This document shows, piece after piece, positions 50,348 through 60,406 of a stretch of DNA of 64,000 nt (position 1 is the first letter of the stretch; every line of letters begins with the position of its first letter). The stretch covers positions 64,001 through 128,000 of the forward strand of contig CAWEXO010000011.1 of NCBI GenBank assembly GCA_963813025.1, read 5' to 3'. The DNA comes from an uncultured Verrucomicrobiae bacterium. Lineage in GTDB: Bacteria > Verrucomicrobiota > Verrucomicrobiia > Chthoniobacterales > JAFAMB01. The notes under the pieces were generated by a model. The model had not been told where the DNA came from. It saw nothing but the letters and a program-made list of their open reading frames with translations, and made no database searches. A program made the translations under genes and the position numbers.

Positions 50348-51559
50348 ATGAACTCCTACCAAAAGGCGCTTGAGTGGTTGTATGGCACTCAGGACCGGGG
50401 GGTGAAACTCGGTCTCGAGAATGTCCGGCGGTTACTCGCTCGTTTTGACAACCCCCACCGTCGGCTCCGTTGCGCCCATGTCACCGGCACTAATGGCAAA
50501 GGCTCCGTCTGCGCCATGATGGCGTCCATTTGCCGAGCTCAAGGTCTGCGGACCGGATTGTTCACCTCTCCTCATTTGGTTCGCTTTAATGAGCGGATCA
50601 ACATCGACGGCCACGCCATCACCGATGATTTCGTCGTTGAGGGGCTGGAGCAAATCCGTGGGGCGATCGAACCCGAGACGCATCCCACCTTCTTTGAAAT
50701 CACCACCGTCCTGGCCTTCAACTTCTTTGTCCGAGAGGGGTGTGACCTTGTCGTGCTGGAGACCGGACTGGGTGGACGACTTGATGCGACAAATGTCGTC
50801 TCGCCTTTGGTCACCGTTCTGACTTCGATCGATCTGGACCATCAAAAACTGCTGGGAAACACGCACGCGGAGATCGCCCGGGAAAAAGCCGGTATCATTA
50901 AGCCGGGAATTCCCGTCGTCTCCGCGCCGCAGTGTCCCGAGGTGGAGAGCATCATTCGAGAGGTCGCGCTTCGACACTCCGCGCCGGTGAGATTTATCAG
51001 GAAGCCCGTCGAAGAACTGACGATAGCTCTCGCAGGATCTCACCAACGGCTGAACGCCGCGATCGCTATTGGCGCGCTTGAATCGGCTCAAGTTGTCCTC
51101 TCGGACGGCGCGGTCCGTCAGGGTTTAGCGACAGTCCACTGGCCCGGCCGTTTCCAATGCATCGATGCAAACCTGGTCCTCGACGGCGCCCACAACCCAT
51201 CAGCCATTGCTCAACTGATTCAGACCTGGGAAGAACATTTCGGCCCGGTGAAGCCGGCGATTCTTTTTGGCGCACTTCGTGACAAAGCGATCAAGGAAAT
51301 GCTGCTTCTCCTGAAGCCTCTGGCCGCCGAGTTGGCGGCAGTCCCGGTCAATAGCCGCCGGGCCGCTTCTCCGCAGGAGATCCAAGCCCTGGCAGGACCG
51401 GACGTGGATCTTCGATCCTTTTCCTCCGTACCGGCTGCTCTCGCCGAGCTGCGGTCTCGCCACGAAATGATTCTGGCAACGGGTTCTCTTTTCCTCGTCG
51501 GGGAACTTCTTGCGATATTTGAGCCAGCTTCGGGAAATTATCAGCCGAGTTTACAATAA
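50348..51559 (+). CDS. folC: Folylpolyglutamate synthase/dihydrofolate synthase
   Basis: GTNGKGS, FTSPHL, GLGGRLDATN, DGAHNP. Confidence 0.95.
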   Translation: MNSYQKALEWLYGTQDRGVKLGLENVRRLLARFDNPHRRLRCAHVTGTNGKGSVCAMMASICRAQGLRTGLFTSPHLVRFNERINIDGHAITDDFVVEGLEQIRGAIEPETHPTFFEITTVLAFNFFVREGCDLVVLETGLGGRLDATNVVSPLVTVLTSIDLDHQKLLGNTHAEIAREKAGIIKPGIPVVSAPQCPEVESIIREVALRHSAPVRFIRKPVEELTIALAGSHQRLNAAIAIGALESAQVVLSDGAVRQGLATVHWPGRFQCIDANLVLDGAHNPSAIAQLIQTWEEHFGPVKPAILFGALRDKAIKEMLLLLKPLAAELAAVPVNSRRAASPQEIQALAGPDVDLRSFSSVPAALAELRSRHEMILATGSLFLVGELLAIFEPASGNYQPSLQ

Positions 51560-51570
51560 CATTTGCATAG

Positions 51571-51939
51571 ATGGTTACTATTTGTTTGATTGAGGGAATG
51601 GTCGGCCGTCACCAGATCCTGCGTCCGGAGTTGCAGGCTTATCTCTGTCATTCCGGTAGTCAGCCCGGCCAGACTTGTAGTTTTGTGCTCGCCGCGCCAC
51701 CGCGGAGCCGAACCATCCCTTACAGTCATCTCCTGGTTATCGATTCCCTGGGCGATCGCTTGATCACCGTGCGGTATTCGTTTGCCGACGTCGAAGTTTC
51801 TCTCGGGCGCGACTTTTCCGGTAAACGCCAGTTTCTGGATGATCTGGCCAGTTTCCGGGTGGCTCTTGTGCGGGAAGGACCACAGCTGCGTCTCCGCATC
51901 GTGGCGGAGCCATTCGTCGATAAATCGGTCGAATTCTAA
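51571..51939 (+). CDS. Hypothetical protein
   Basis: 122-aa ORF directly after folC; no family recognised with confidence. Confidence 0.55.
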   Translation: MVTICLIEGMVGRHQILRPELQAYLCHSGSQPGQTCSFVLAAPPRSRTIPYSHLLVIDSLGDRLITVRYSFADVEVSLGRDFSGKRQFLDDLASFRVALVREGPQLRLRIVAEPFVDKSVEF

Positions 51940-51977
51940 ACCGCGTTTTTGGGCAAAGAAGATGCGAAGCCGTCAAT

Positions 51978-52529
51978 TTACGGCGAAGCGCTCGACCTCT
52001 GGCGAATTCCCCAGCGATTCATAATGGCGTTATTCAATGCGCGCCGGATGACGGGATTTTTTGCACAGACAAAGAATTGCTTCCACGGCGAGAGCGCCTC
52101 CAAAGCATCGAATTTCCGTGCTAAATCCAACAGCTGATCCATAACGTCTTCCGCGGTCGGGCTCAATATCCCGCGCAGTTCGGGAAGAGATTCGCGGGTC
52201 GATTCCGCGATTTGCAGGCAAAAGGCAATCAGCTTCGCGGTGCTGATCACACTCAAGTATCCAGGCCGGCCCATTTGTGCGGCACTAAAAAGACGCGCGA
52301 AATTATCCATTGAGATAACGCTGACCTCCCACTTGTCGCCGGCATCCGCGAACGCAAACGGGAATCGTGCATTGGCCAGATAATCACTGAGGCTCACTTC
52401 GACTTGCGGATCCGGCGGCTCCGCGAAATTATAGGTATGCTCGGGCAAGATCGACCGGATATCCAGCAGTTCGTCCGCGGTCAGATCACGCAAGCCTGGG
52501 ACGTTTGTCCGACGGTCTTGATCATTCAT
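51978..52529 (-). CDS. Hypothetical protein, paralogue of 53346-53786
   Basis: Shares NF, (F/Y)CL and A-x-x-NA-x-x-NRWG blocks with the other copy. Confidence 0.7.
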   Translation of the reverse strand: MNDQDRRTNVPGLRDLTADELLDIRSILPEHTYNFAEPPDPQVEVSLSDYLANARFPFAFADAGDKWEVSVISMDNFARLFSAAQMGRPGYLSVISTAKLIAFCLQIAESTRESLPELRGILSPTAEDVMDQLLDLARKFDALEALSPWKQFFVCAKNPVIRRALNNAIMNRWGIRQRSSASP

Positions 52530-52545
52530 CCCAGTACCGCGGGAC

Positions 52546-53280
52546 TCAGGCGCTCGGCTTTGATCCGTTTGCGCGAGCTTTTTTCTTCTTTTCCTTGATC
52601 TCGAAAGCCAGCGACAAGACCCGTCGATACTTGGCTTGGCCAACCGCAACCAACCGGATGCCCAGATCAGTTTTCTTGTTGATCTCCTGGAGAGCCCGAT
52701 CAATCGCCCGCTGCTTGAGATTCGGCCAATGAACCAGGCATCTTTCGCTGACTACGTTGCCCTCGGCGTCCCTGACTTCGTCAACACCCAGGATCTTCCG
52801 AATCTGAGGAATCGAAATCCGTTTCAGCCCGACGTGCCGCCAGCGCCACGCCCATTCGTAGAGGCGAATGGAATATTGGCTGGCCAATTTCACGCTGGCT
52901 CTTTCCGAATCGACCTTCTGGTGCGCTTTCAGACGCTCGAAATGCGGCAAGAGACCCGGATCGACATGCAGGAACATCTTCTTATCGACCATCACGATCG
53001 AACTCAACCAGCGGGCAAACAACACCGAGTTTTGCGGGTCGTTGTTATGCAAAACGAGCCGGTGATAGGTCAGGAGCTTCAGGGCCGCCGGTTCGAGCTT
53101 GAGATCGGTCCATTCGAAACTGATCAATCCCGGTTTCAAACGATCAACGATACTCATGACAATCGCCCGCTCGTCTGGACTGAGTTTATAATAAGCCTCG
53201 ATCAGGTCGTCGCCGAAACCGAGTTGCTCGGCCGATTCGGTTGAGGGCAACGTACCGAAAACTTTGTTGTATTTACGCAC
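52546..53280 (-). CDS. Rep_3/RepB-like replication initiator (winged helix)
   Basis: YKLSPDERAI, LASQYSIRLYEW, ISIPQIRKILGV, NLKQRAIDRALQEINKKTDL. Confidence 0.8.
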   Translation of the reverse strand: MRKYNKVFGTLPSTESAEQLGFGDDLIEAYYKLSPDERAIVMSIVDRLKPGLISFEWTDLKLEPAALKLLTYHRLVLHNNDPQNSVLFARWLSSIVMVDKKMFLHVDPGLLPHFERLKAHQKVDSERASVKLASQYSIRLYEWAWRWRHVGLKRISIPQIRKILGVDEVRDAEGNVVSERCLVHWPNLKQRAIDRALQEINKKTDLGIRLVAVGQAKYRRVLSLAFEIKEKKKKARANGSKPSA

Positions 53281-53345
53281 TTTACTTTCTCTGGATTAGA
53301 GTGTTACAACATTCTATACATTTTTTATTTTTAGAGAAGACAAAA

Positions 53346-53786
53346 ATGGTTAGCACCAAAGAAAGCCGCGCGACGACGACAACCGAAGCTACCCAGTGGT
53401 CATTTTCCGCTGATGGAAAACCACTCGGTCTGGATGAGTTCCTTGATAGCTACCGCGAGCAAGGGACTTTTTTCGAAGGCAAGGAGCAATGGCTGAAAGG
53501 AGTGAATAAGGTTACCTGGGAAAATTTCTTTTTGGTTTGCACTGAAGAATTGGACGACCTTTCTCAGCGAGCCGCTCGGATGCTTATCCTTTATTGCCTG
53601 GAAATCGTCGAACAGGTGGTCTCGCGAATGAAAGGGCCGGTTTCGGCGGCGCGGATTGCCGAGGCAATGAAGCGGGAATTTGATGAGCAATACGACAACC
53701 CGGTGTACCAATTCCAGTGGGCAATGCGCCACGACGCCGTGCGCGAAGCGGTCACCAATGCGGTCGTCAACCGCTGGGGACGTTGA
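53346..53786 (+). CDS. Hypothetical protein, paralogue of 51978-52529
   Basis: 146 aa ending AVREAVTNAVVNRWGR. Confidence 0.7.
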   Translation: MVSTKESRATTTTEATQWSFSADGKPLGLDEFLDSYREQGTFFEGKEQWLKGVNKVTWENFFLVCTEELDDLSQRAARMLILYCLEIVEQVVSRMKGPVSAARIAEAMKREFDEQYDNPVYQFQWAMRHDAVREAVTNAVVNRWGR

Positions 53787-53992
53787 GGAACCCATCAGTC
53801 GCATCGGGTAGTACACCTTCAGCGAACCTACGGGGCAGCGCGCATAACTCTTTCTAGATTGTGTAGAGCTTATTGGGTTTGCGTTGCCAACCCAAAATCC
53901 TCATAGCTTCTTCGCCTGTCTATTGTGACTTTGCAGTCGCGAATAACAATGTTCCTTGACAAATATTATTACATTTATTTATATAGTTCCTA

Positions 53993-55819
53993 ATGATCGC
54001 CGAAACTGCTGCGCTTGGTTCACCGTCCCGGGTCCAGTCCCTGCCACAGTTCGATCGACTGAGCTGCCGAAATGCGCAGGGCGCTTTGATTCGTTTGTCT
54101 TTCGAACCGGCGTCAGCTCCGATCGTTCTCGAGCAGCATGGCGATTTCCGAATCTGCGCTGCGCTTTTGGAGACGAGCGGGCAATCGGCCGGCAGCGCCG
54201 GTTGTCTGTTCAGCGTGCGGATTTATCAGGGCAAAACCTGCATTCACGCTCGCACCTGGAGCACCGCCGAAATCTCGCTGGAAGAAGCGCGCCAAACTGC
54301 GCGAAGCTGGCTGCGGCAGCGCCGGCTGGGAGACCGAGTGGCGTTCGTCCTTTCGCCGGCATTGCTTTTACTTTGGTTTTGCTGCCTGGCTGCCGCCTGG
54401 TTTCTCTTTCCGCTCATCGCGTGGTCGGCTTTGTTGCCCCTGGCGGTTTCTTCTCCTCTCGCCTGGACTTTTGCGCCGCCGCGACGGCTACCGCAGACCT
54501 CAGCCCGCCTCGCCGGGCTCGCCTGGGATCGCAATGACTTTTGCCGCGGCTGGCTCATCACCGGCGATACTGGGTCCGGCAAGACCTTTGCCGTTAATGC
54601 GTTGTTACATTCTGTTTTTCAGCACGAACCCGATTGGGGCGGTCTCTGCTGCGATGAAAAAGGGGTTTATCACGAAATCCTGGCCGCCATGGTGCGCCAC
54701 TACGGCCGTCAAAATGATCTGCTCCTTTTGCAGACCCGGCCAGACCAGGCGCGGGATAATTGGGCACCCCCCGCTCGATACAATCTGCTGTCGGATGACA
54801 CGATTCCCCCCTCCACCTACGCTACTGTGATCGTCGATACCGCGTCTGCTTTAAACACCGGGAAAGAGGATCAAGGCTTTTTTAAGACCCAAGCCCACTC
54901 TTATATCGGCCGCGGTATCCAGCTCTTCCGCCTTCTCGGCCTGCGCCCGACTATGCATCATCTGCTGGAAATGCTGCAGTACCAGCCGGTCCTGAAAGCG
55001 ATGTTACAGGAACTGGAACCAAAAAAGAACGCGGGCGATCCCGACGCTAGCGATTGTCATGACCATTTCCTCAATGGTTTTCTGCGCCAGCCAGCCGAGC
55101 AACTGGGCGGGGTTATCTCGACGATTTATAACTACTTGAATTACTTCACCAATCCGGATATTGCCGAGGTATTCGGCACCGAGGAAAACACGTTTGATTT
55201 TAAAGCTCTGGATCGAGGAGCGATCATCTGCTTATCGATGCCGCAGAAGTATCAGACTGAGCGCCGCTACGTCACCACCATCCTGAAGCTTCTTTTTTAC
55301 ACACACGCCCTGCGTCGATTCGATCCACGCGACAACCGGCAGCGGAGCCGCGAACAGGACAACCTTCTGATCTGTTGGCAGGACGAGGCCCAACGATTCG
55401 TTACTGACTCGGACGGCAATGTCGATGTGCTTCGGCAGAGCAATGCGACCACCGTTATGGCCACACAATCAAAGATCTCCTTTTTTCCAGTGCTGGGTGG
55501 CCGGGAGAAAGCCGAAGTAACGATCCTTAACCTACGTAACCGGATAATCTTCAAGGCAGCTGACCGCGTTTGTGCAGAAAGCTCGGCTGATTTCATTGGC
55601 CGGCACCTGTTCTGGAAAAAATCGTACACGCGCGCGAAAGGCGGGATCAGCACGACCCGTTCTCGCGAAGAAGAATATCTGGTTAAACCATACCAGATAA
55701 TGAGCCTTCCCAAGTTCACGGCGATTATCAAGCATTGTGAACGCCCTTTTGTGCGGCGCCGGATCCATCCATTGGATCCGCAGGGCCGCACGCCTCGCTG
55801 GTACTCGCGCTGGGGATAG
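53993..55819 (+). CDS. VirD4/TraG/TraD-like type IV coupling ATPase
   Basis: Hydrophobic segment, Walker A GDTGSGKT, DEKG, Walker B WQDEAQ, ATQS, NLRNRIIFK. Confidence 0.82.
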   Translation: MIAETAALGSPSRVQSLPQFDRLSCRNAQGALIRLSFEPASAPIVLEQHGDFRICAALLETSGQSAGSAGCLFSVRIYQGKTCIHARTWSTAEISLEEARQTARSWLRQRRLGDRVAFVLSPALLLLWFCCLAAAWFLFPLIAWSALLPLAVSSPLAWTFAPPRRLPQTSARLAGLAWDRNDFCRGWLITGDTGSGKTFAVNALLHSVFQHEPDWGGLCCDEKGVYHEILAAMVRHYGRQNDLLLLQTRPDQARDNWAPPARYNLLSDDTIPPSTYATVIVDTASALNTGKEDQGFFKTQAHSYIGRGIQLFRLLGLRPTMHHLLEMLQYQPVLKAMLQELEPKKNAGDPDASDCHDHFLNGFLRQPAEQLGGVISTIYNYLNYFTNPDIAEVFGTEENTFDFKALDRGAIICLSMPQKYQTERRYVTTILKLLFYTHALRRFDPRDNRQRSREQDNLLICWQDEAQRFVTDSDGNVDVLRQSNATTVMATQSKISFFPVLGGREKAEVTILNLRNRIIFKAADRVCAESSADFIGRHLFWKKSYTRAKGGISTTRSREEEYLVKPYQIMSLPKFTAIIKHCERPFVRRRIHPLDPQGRTPRWYSRWG

Positions 55820-55833
55820 TGGCCACATTTCAC

Positions 55834-55875
55834 GTTTCAAGTTTCGCGTTTCAAGTTTCGCGTTTCAAGTTTCGC
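55834..55875. repeat. Tandem repeat (GTTTCAAGTTTCGC)x3
   Basis: Read directly, just after the ATPase stop. Confidence 0.9.
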
Positions 55876-56027
55876 GTCGCTCGTTCTTGCACCATCGGTG
55901 CTATCAGGAGGCTCGAATTCACTGCTCCGGTCAGTTCTCTCCGCCGTCTCGGCTGAGGTCTTTTCCCTTTGCAAACCTGGAGGGCACGCGAAGTTTTTCC
56001 GGCCTAGTCGTTACCATGGAGGAACAT

Positions 56028-56650
56028 ATGTTACAAAGAAGTGCCTTAGCTGTAATGGTAGCCTTTCAGTCGGCTGCCGCATTTGCCGGAGAGCCGGTTA
56101 CGTCATCGAAAGAAGTCGTGCCCCCACCGCCTCCGCCGGCCCCAACCTCCTACTTTCGTGCCAACGAGTGGAGCTTGGGCGCATTCGCAACTTATAATGC
56201 TACGTGGGATAAGAATCGCCGCGTAACGGGTTCACACGCCTGGGGCGGCGGTGTCAGTGTCAGCTATTTTCCGTGGCTCTATGCGGGCTTTCGCCTCAGG
56301 GAAGCGTGGTGAATGCGAAACCGGAAGATAACACGGTCGGAGATGTAACCGGGGATTTCGTTTTACGCTATCCTCTCGATTTGATAAATCCAAAATTGCA
56401 CCTTGCGCCCTATGCGTATGCTGGCGTGGGCGGCGTCTTCGTTTCCGAGGACAGCTTCGGGACCTTCGTCAGCGATAGATTTCGCCGCAACAATAATACG
56501 GACGATCGGGTCTTAGGAGATTTCGGCGCCGGTCTCGAGTACCGTTTCACACCTCATATCGGGCTTTTTGGCGAGTGCGAGTATGATGTTGTCGACGGTC
56601 CCAAAAACAACTACTTACAAACGAACTTTGGGTTGAAGTACGCGTTTTAA
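56028..56650 (+). CDS. Small outer-membrane beta-barrel protein, frameshifted near 56297
   Basis: Signal peptide, Pro-rich linker, GGGVSVSYF; second frame APYAYAGVGG, GAGLEYRF, terminal YAF. Confidence 0.75.
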
Positions 56651-56673
56651 GGACCGATTACGAAAAGATCATT

Positions 56674-56709
56674 AAGCCGACCGGAACGTTCCGGTCGGCT
56701 TTTTTGTTT
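56674..56709 (+). terminator. Intrinsic terminator
   Basis: AAGCCGACCGGAACGTTCCGGTCGGCTT palindrome followed by a T-tract. Confidence 0.85.
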
Positions 56710-56779
56710 CCGGATTGCGATCTCTGATTTGCTATTGGTCAATTGGTGGGACTGTTTGTAAGCTGCTCATGTTCTCAAC

Positions 56780-57919
56780 ATGACGGCAAATGTCCCACCT
56801 CATCCTCGCCTGGACAATCGCCGGCTGGTTTCCGTCGCTCTGACCCTCGGGATTCTCCTCGCCGCTTTTTTCATTCTCGGTAAAGGCAAAAGTTTCTTCA
56901 TCCCATTGGCAATCGCTTTCATTGCCGTTTACCTCGTCGAAATACTGGCTCGGGCGATCCGCCAGGTGCGGATCGGTCACGCGCACCTGACAACCTTTCT
57001 TTCCCTCGTCCTGGCGTTCGGGGTCATCTTTGGCCTCGGCTACTGCTTCGTTCTGATCTTGGCAAATAATGCCGCACACGTTGCGGGAGCGGCGCCACGT
57101 TACCAGGCGCGCTTCCAGCATTTACAAGCAGCGCTATTTGCCACAGCAGGTCTCGAGGAGCCAGCGGAAATACGGCAGCTCATTCGAACACTCGATCTCC
57201 GAACCGTCTTTACGACCGTCGCCGCCGGCATCGCTGGTCTTCTGGAAAACATCAGTCTGGTGGCGGTTTACGGATTTTTTATCCTTCTCGAACTTCGCTT
57301 TGCCGGGACGAAACTAAACGCTCTTCTTCCCGATCCCGAGAGACGCACGAAAGCGCTCGCCCTGATGCAACGGATCGACCGCGATATTCATACCTATCTC
57401 GGGGTGAAAACGGTCGTCAGTTTTACAAGCGCGATCCTGGCTTATGCCCTAATGCGTTTTGTCGGCCTCGACTTTGCCGAATTCTGGGCTCTGCTGGTCT
57501 TTGTCCTGCATTTCATTCCAACTTTTGGAGTGATTGTGGCGGTTTTCCTGCCGACCGCTCTTGCTCTCGTGCAATTCGACTATTCTGGCCCAGTCCTCAT
57601 CATTGGCATCGGACTCACCGCCATCGCTCAGGTTATGGGAAATATCATTGAACCCAACATTATGGGAGAAAGTTTGAATCTTAGTCCACTGGCCGTTATC
57701 ATGGCTCTGATATTTTGGGGAACACTTTGGGGGATTACCGGTGCTTTCCTTTGTGTTCCTCTCACCGTAATTCTTGTCATTATCCTCTCGAATTTTCGGA
57801 CCACTCGCTGGATCGCGATTCTCCTCTCGAAGACCGGTTCGTTGCAATTCGCTCCAGCCGACGAGCAACGAGTAATTCGCCGGAGCGCTCCCCGGGTCAG
57901 CGCAGTCAATAAAGACTGA
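56780..57919 (+). CDS. AI-2E family transporter
   Basis: Multi-TM; FIPTFG, IEPNIMGESLNLSP, FWGTLWG..GAFLCVPL. Confidence 0.9.
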   Translation: MTANVPPHPRLDNRRLVSVALTLGILLAAFFILGKGKSFFIPLAIAFIAVYLVEILARAIRQVRIGHAHLTTFLSLVLAFGVIFGLGYCFVLILANNAAHVAGAAPRYQARFQHLQAALFATAGLEEPAEIRQLIRTLDLRTVFTTVAAGIAGLLENISLVAVYGFFILLELRFAGTKLNALLPDPERRTKALALMQRIDRDIHTYLGVKTVVSFTSAILAYALMRFVGLDFAEFWALLVFVLHFIPTFGVIVAVFLPTALALVQFDYSGPVLIIGIGLTAIAQVMGNIIEPNIMGESLNLSPLAVIMALIFWGTLWGITGAFLCVPLTVILVIILSNFRTTRWIAILLSKTGSLQFAPADEQRVIRRSAPRVSAVNKD

Positions 57920-58024
57920 CGCCGGCACGGGGCGCTGAGATCCAGCGCACACGCACGAAGAATCCTGCTCCGCCGGCGATTAATAAATTATCGTCACTTA
58001 AGCATTGTCGAGGCAAACTGTGAC

Positions 58025-58423
58025 ATGCCCCTGCCCATTCGATTTGATCACTGTGTTGTTCATGTTTCCAACTGGGCCCGCTCCAATGAGTTTTATCGCC
58101 AGATACTCGGAGCAGAACTCATTCAGAGTTCTCAGGGACGTTGGTCTTACCGTTTCTCCAACGCTCAGCTGAATTTACACGGTCCGGGCCTGAACTCCCA
58201 TCCGCTGGCCGGAATTCCAGTCGCCCCCGGAGGAAGCGATCTCTGTTTCGAGTGGACAGGGTCGATTGAGGACGCAATCGATCATCTCAGACGTCACGGC
58301 GTTTCGATCGAATTGGGCCCGACTGCTCGCTCCGGGAGAGGCGGACAAGGAACATCGATTTATTTCCGGGATCCGGATGGTTCATTGCTGGAGTTGATTT
58401 CTTATCAAAAACCGGCTGAATAG
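58025..58423 (+). CDS. VOC/glyoxalase family protein
   Basis: FDHCV, PGGSDLCF, SIYFRDPDGSLLEL. Confidence 0.9.
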   Translation: MPLPIRFDHCVVHVSNWARSNEFYRQILGAELIQSSQGRWSYRFSNAQLNLHGPGLNSHPLAGIPVAPGGSDLCFEWTGSIEDAIDHLRRHGVSIELGPTARSGRGGQGTSIYFRDPDGSLLELISYQKPAE

Positions 58424-58447
58424 TCCGCACAGGTTTTTCAACGTCGT

Positions 58448-58981
58448 ATGAAAGCTCAAATCTTAGGGGTTCTTTTCTGTATGTCGATCAACCCGCTCTT
58501 TGCAGCCGATTTTCGCCTGCAAAGCCCAAGCTTGCGGGACGGCGGTTCTGTACCGGTTGAGCATCTTTTGACAAAGTGCGGCGGCCGCAACCTTTCTCCG
58601 GCTTTAGCTTGGTCCGGCGCCCCGGCGGGAACAAAATCCTTCGCGGTGACTTTCTTCGACCCCGATGCTCCTGGCGGCCGTGGCTTTTGGCATTGGGCTA
58701 TCTTTGATCTGGCCCCGAAGATGGTGCGCCTTCCCGCCGGAGCCGGTGCGAGTACCGCCGGAATCCCCGGAGCAAAGCAAGCACGCAACGATTACGGATC
58801 GATCGGCTATGGCGGACCATGCCCGCCCGCCGGAGCCACTCACCGGTACGTTCTTACCGTGACGGCGCTCGACGTGGAAGATCTGCCCATATCGCCGAAC
58901 GCGAGCGCCGGACAGGTGGCCGCGCTGGTGTCCAAGCATGCTCTGGGCAAGGCTACGATCACCGTCCGCTATGGCCGCTAA
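58448..58981 (+). CDS. YbhB/YbcL (PEBP) family protein
   Basis: NLSPALAW, DPDAP, FWHW, YGGPCPP, HRY. Confidence 0.9.
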   Translation: MKAQILGVLFCMSINPLFAADFRLQSPSLRDGGSVPVEHLLTKCGGRNLSPALAWSGAPAGTKSFAVTFFDPDAPGGRGFWHWAIFDLAPKMVRLPAGAGASTAGIPGAKQARNDYGSIGYGGPCPPAGATHRYVLTVTALDVEDLPISPNASAGQVAALVSKHALGKATITVRYGR

Positions 58982-60323
58982 GACAGCTCCATCGCGGAAG
59001 CCGGCCGCTGCCCACTGGCAGAGTTTTCAAGGCACACTCGACGATTGCGAGTTGTTCGACGTATTGCAAATGGCCTGCCTGGCCCAACAAACCGGACGGC
59101 TATTCGTCAGGCACCAACGGCGCCGGGGAATGGTTGTTCTCGAAGGCGGCAGTATCATCGACGCTCAAGCCGGCTATCTCTCGGGCGGAGACGCTCTGGT
59201 CGAGATTTTCTGCTGGCGAAGCGGCCGATTTCGCTTCACCAGAACCCAAACCTCTGAGCCCGGGCGAATAACGATCACCAACTCCTGGGAGCATGCGTTG
59301 ATGGAAGCCATCCGGAAACGGGACGAAAAATTGCCTTGGGCCGAGCGACCGCGTTTTGCCGGGGGATTAGCTCGTCGCCTGAGCCCGGCGGCATTGCAGA
59401 AAATCCGCCGAGCCAACCAGCGTGCGGTTATTCGGCATCTTTTGTTCCGGCTCGGAGTCCTGGTGGTTTGCGCCGGTCTTCTTCTGGGCGGCATTCACTT
59501 GTACCGGCACCGGGCAGCGTTGCTGTCGTCGTGGTGGAACAGCTCTTTTCTTGCGCAGAAGAATAACAGATTATTCGGGTGGAAAAAACGGGAACCCCGC
59601 AGTGTCGCCATACCAGCCGGCAGCTTTATCGACCAACGCGGCCGCGAAGTGACGTTGCCTGCCTTTGAAATAGATGATGTCGAGGTCCCAATTTGGCAAT
59701 ACCAAGAATTCCTCGATGCAATCGGCCCGAGTCATGCCTTCGATCATCCCGACCAACCTTCTTCCAAGACACACAGCAATCCGGAGTGGGTCGCGTACTC
59801 ACAGGCCGCGTTCCAATTCAAAATGTTCCACGGCACGAAACTGACGCCGAACCATCCAGCCGCCTATCTCGACTGGTTTGACGCCTACGCTTTCGCTGCC
59901 TGGCGCGGTCGCCGACTTTCTTCGGAGGAAGAATGGGAGAAAGCGGCCCAAGGTGTCCCGGACCTTCGATCGCGCGAACTTGCCCAAGATCCGGCGCTAG
60001 CATCGTCCGGCCGGCCGACGCAGCTCGGCGGTCCCGAGCCGGTCGGATCGAATCCAAACGATCGAAGCTCCATGGGAGTCTATGACCTGGCCGGAAACCT
60101 CTCTGAATGGTCTGGCACTCTGGACGCGGACGGTTCACCGATCGTTCGCGGAGGTAATTTCGAAAATGGTGGGGGCGACATTACTGAACGCGTCCTCCAT
60201 CTTTCGCCATTTCATCGGGATGGCCGAATCGGTTTTCGAACGGTAAAACCAGCTTCCGGCTTGGCCGGTCAGGCGCCGTCGGCCAAACCAATCTCCCCGG
60301 CCGAGGGAGCAAATCGCAAGTAG
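58971..60323 (+). CDS. DUF4388 (PatA-N-like) - TM - FGE-sulfatase-like domain protein
   Basis: FQGTL..LFDVLQM..TGRL..W..GRFRF; TM; RL.SEEEWEKAA, YDLAGNLSEW, RGG, IGFR. Confidence 0.8.
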   Translation: MAAKTAPSRKPAAAHWQSFQGTLDDCELFDVLQMACLAQQTGRLFVRHQRRRGMVVLEGGSIIDAQAGYLSGGDALVEIFCWRSGRFRFTRTQTSEPGRITITNSWEHALMEAIRKRDEKLPWAERPRFAGGLARRLSPAALQKIRRANQRAVIRHLLFRLGVLVVCAGLLLGGIHLYRHRAALLSSWWNSSFLAQKNNRLFGWKKREPRSVAIPAGSFIDQRGREVTLPAFEIDDVEVPIWQYQEFLDAIGPSHAFDHPDQPSSKTHSNPEWVAYSQAAFQFKMFHGTKLTPNHPAAYLDWFDAYAFAAWRGRRLSSEEEWEKAAQGVPDLRSRELAQDPALASSGRPTQLGGPEPVGSNPNDRSSMGVYDLAGNLSEWSGTLDADGSPIVRGGNFENGGGDITERVLHLSPFHRDGRIGFRTVKPASGLAGQAPSAKPISPAEGANRK

Positions 60324-60406
60324 TGCAAAGCCGCCTTGAATACGTTCAATCATTTTGTTAGGAAATGAGCAAAACGCAATTCCTCGGCTGAGTATAACTG
60401 CCACAC

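Noticed and set aside
53941..53992. Replication origin or strong promoter in the AT-rich tract before the VirD4-like gene
   Set aside because: TTGACA is present (53956-53961) but the -10 spacing is imperfect and no iterons or DnaA boxes are evident; too weak to call.
55834..55875. Iterons for the Rep_3-like protein
   Set aside because: Heptamer-based, 2.5 kb from rep, not next to an AT-rich origin, and similar to other gene-end repeats.
59580..60323. Diversity-generating retroelement target (FGE-type fold ending GFR)
   Set aside because: No reverse transcriptase and no second template-like copy of the 3' region in the window.
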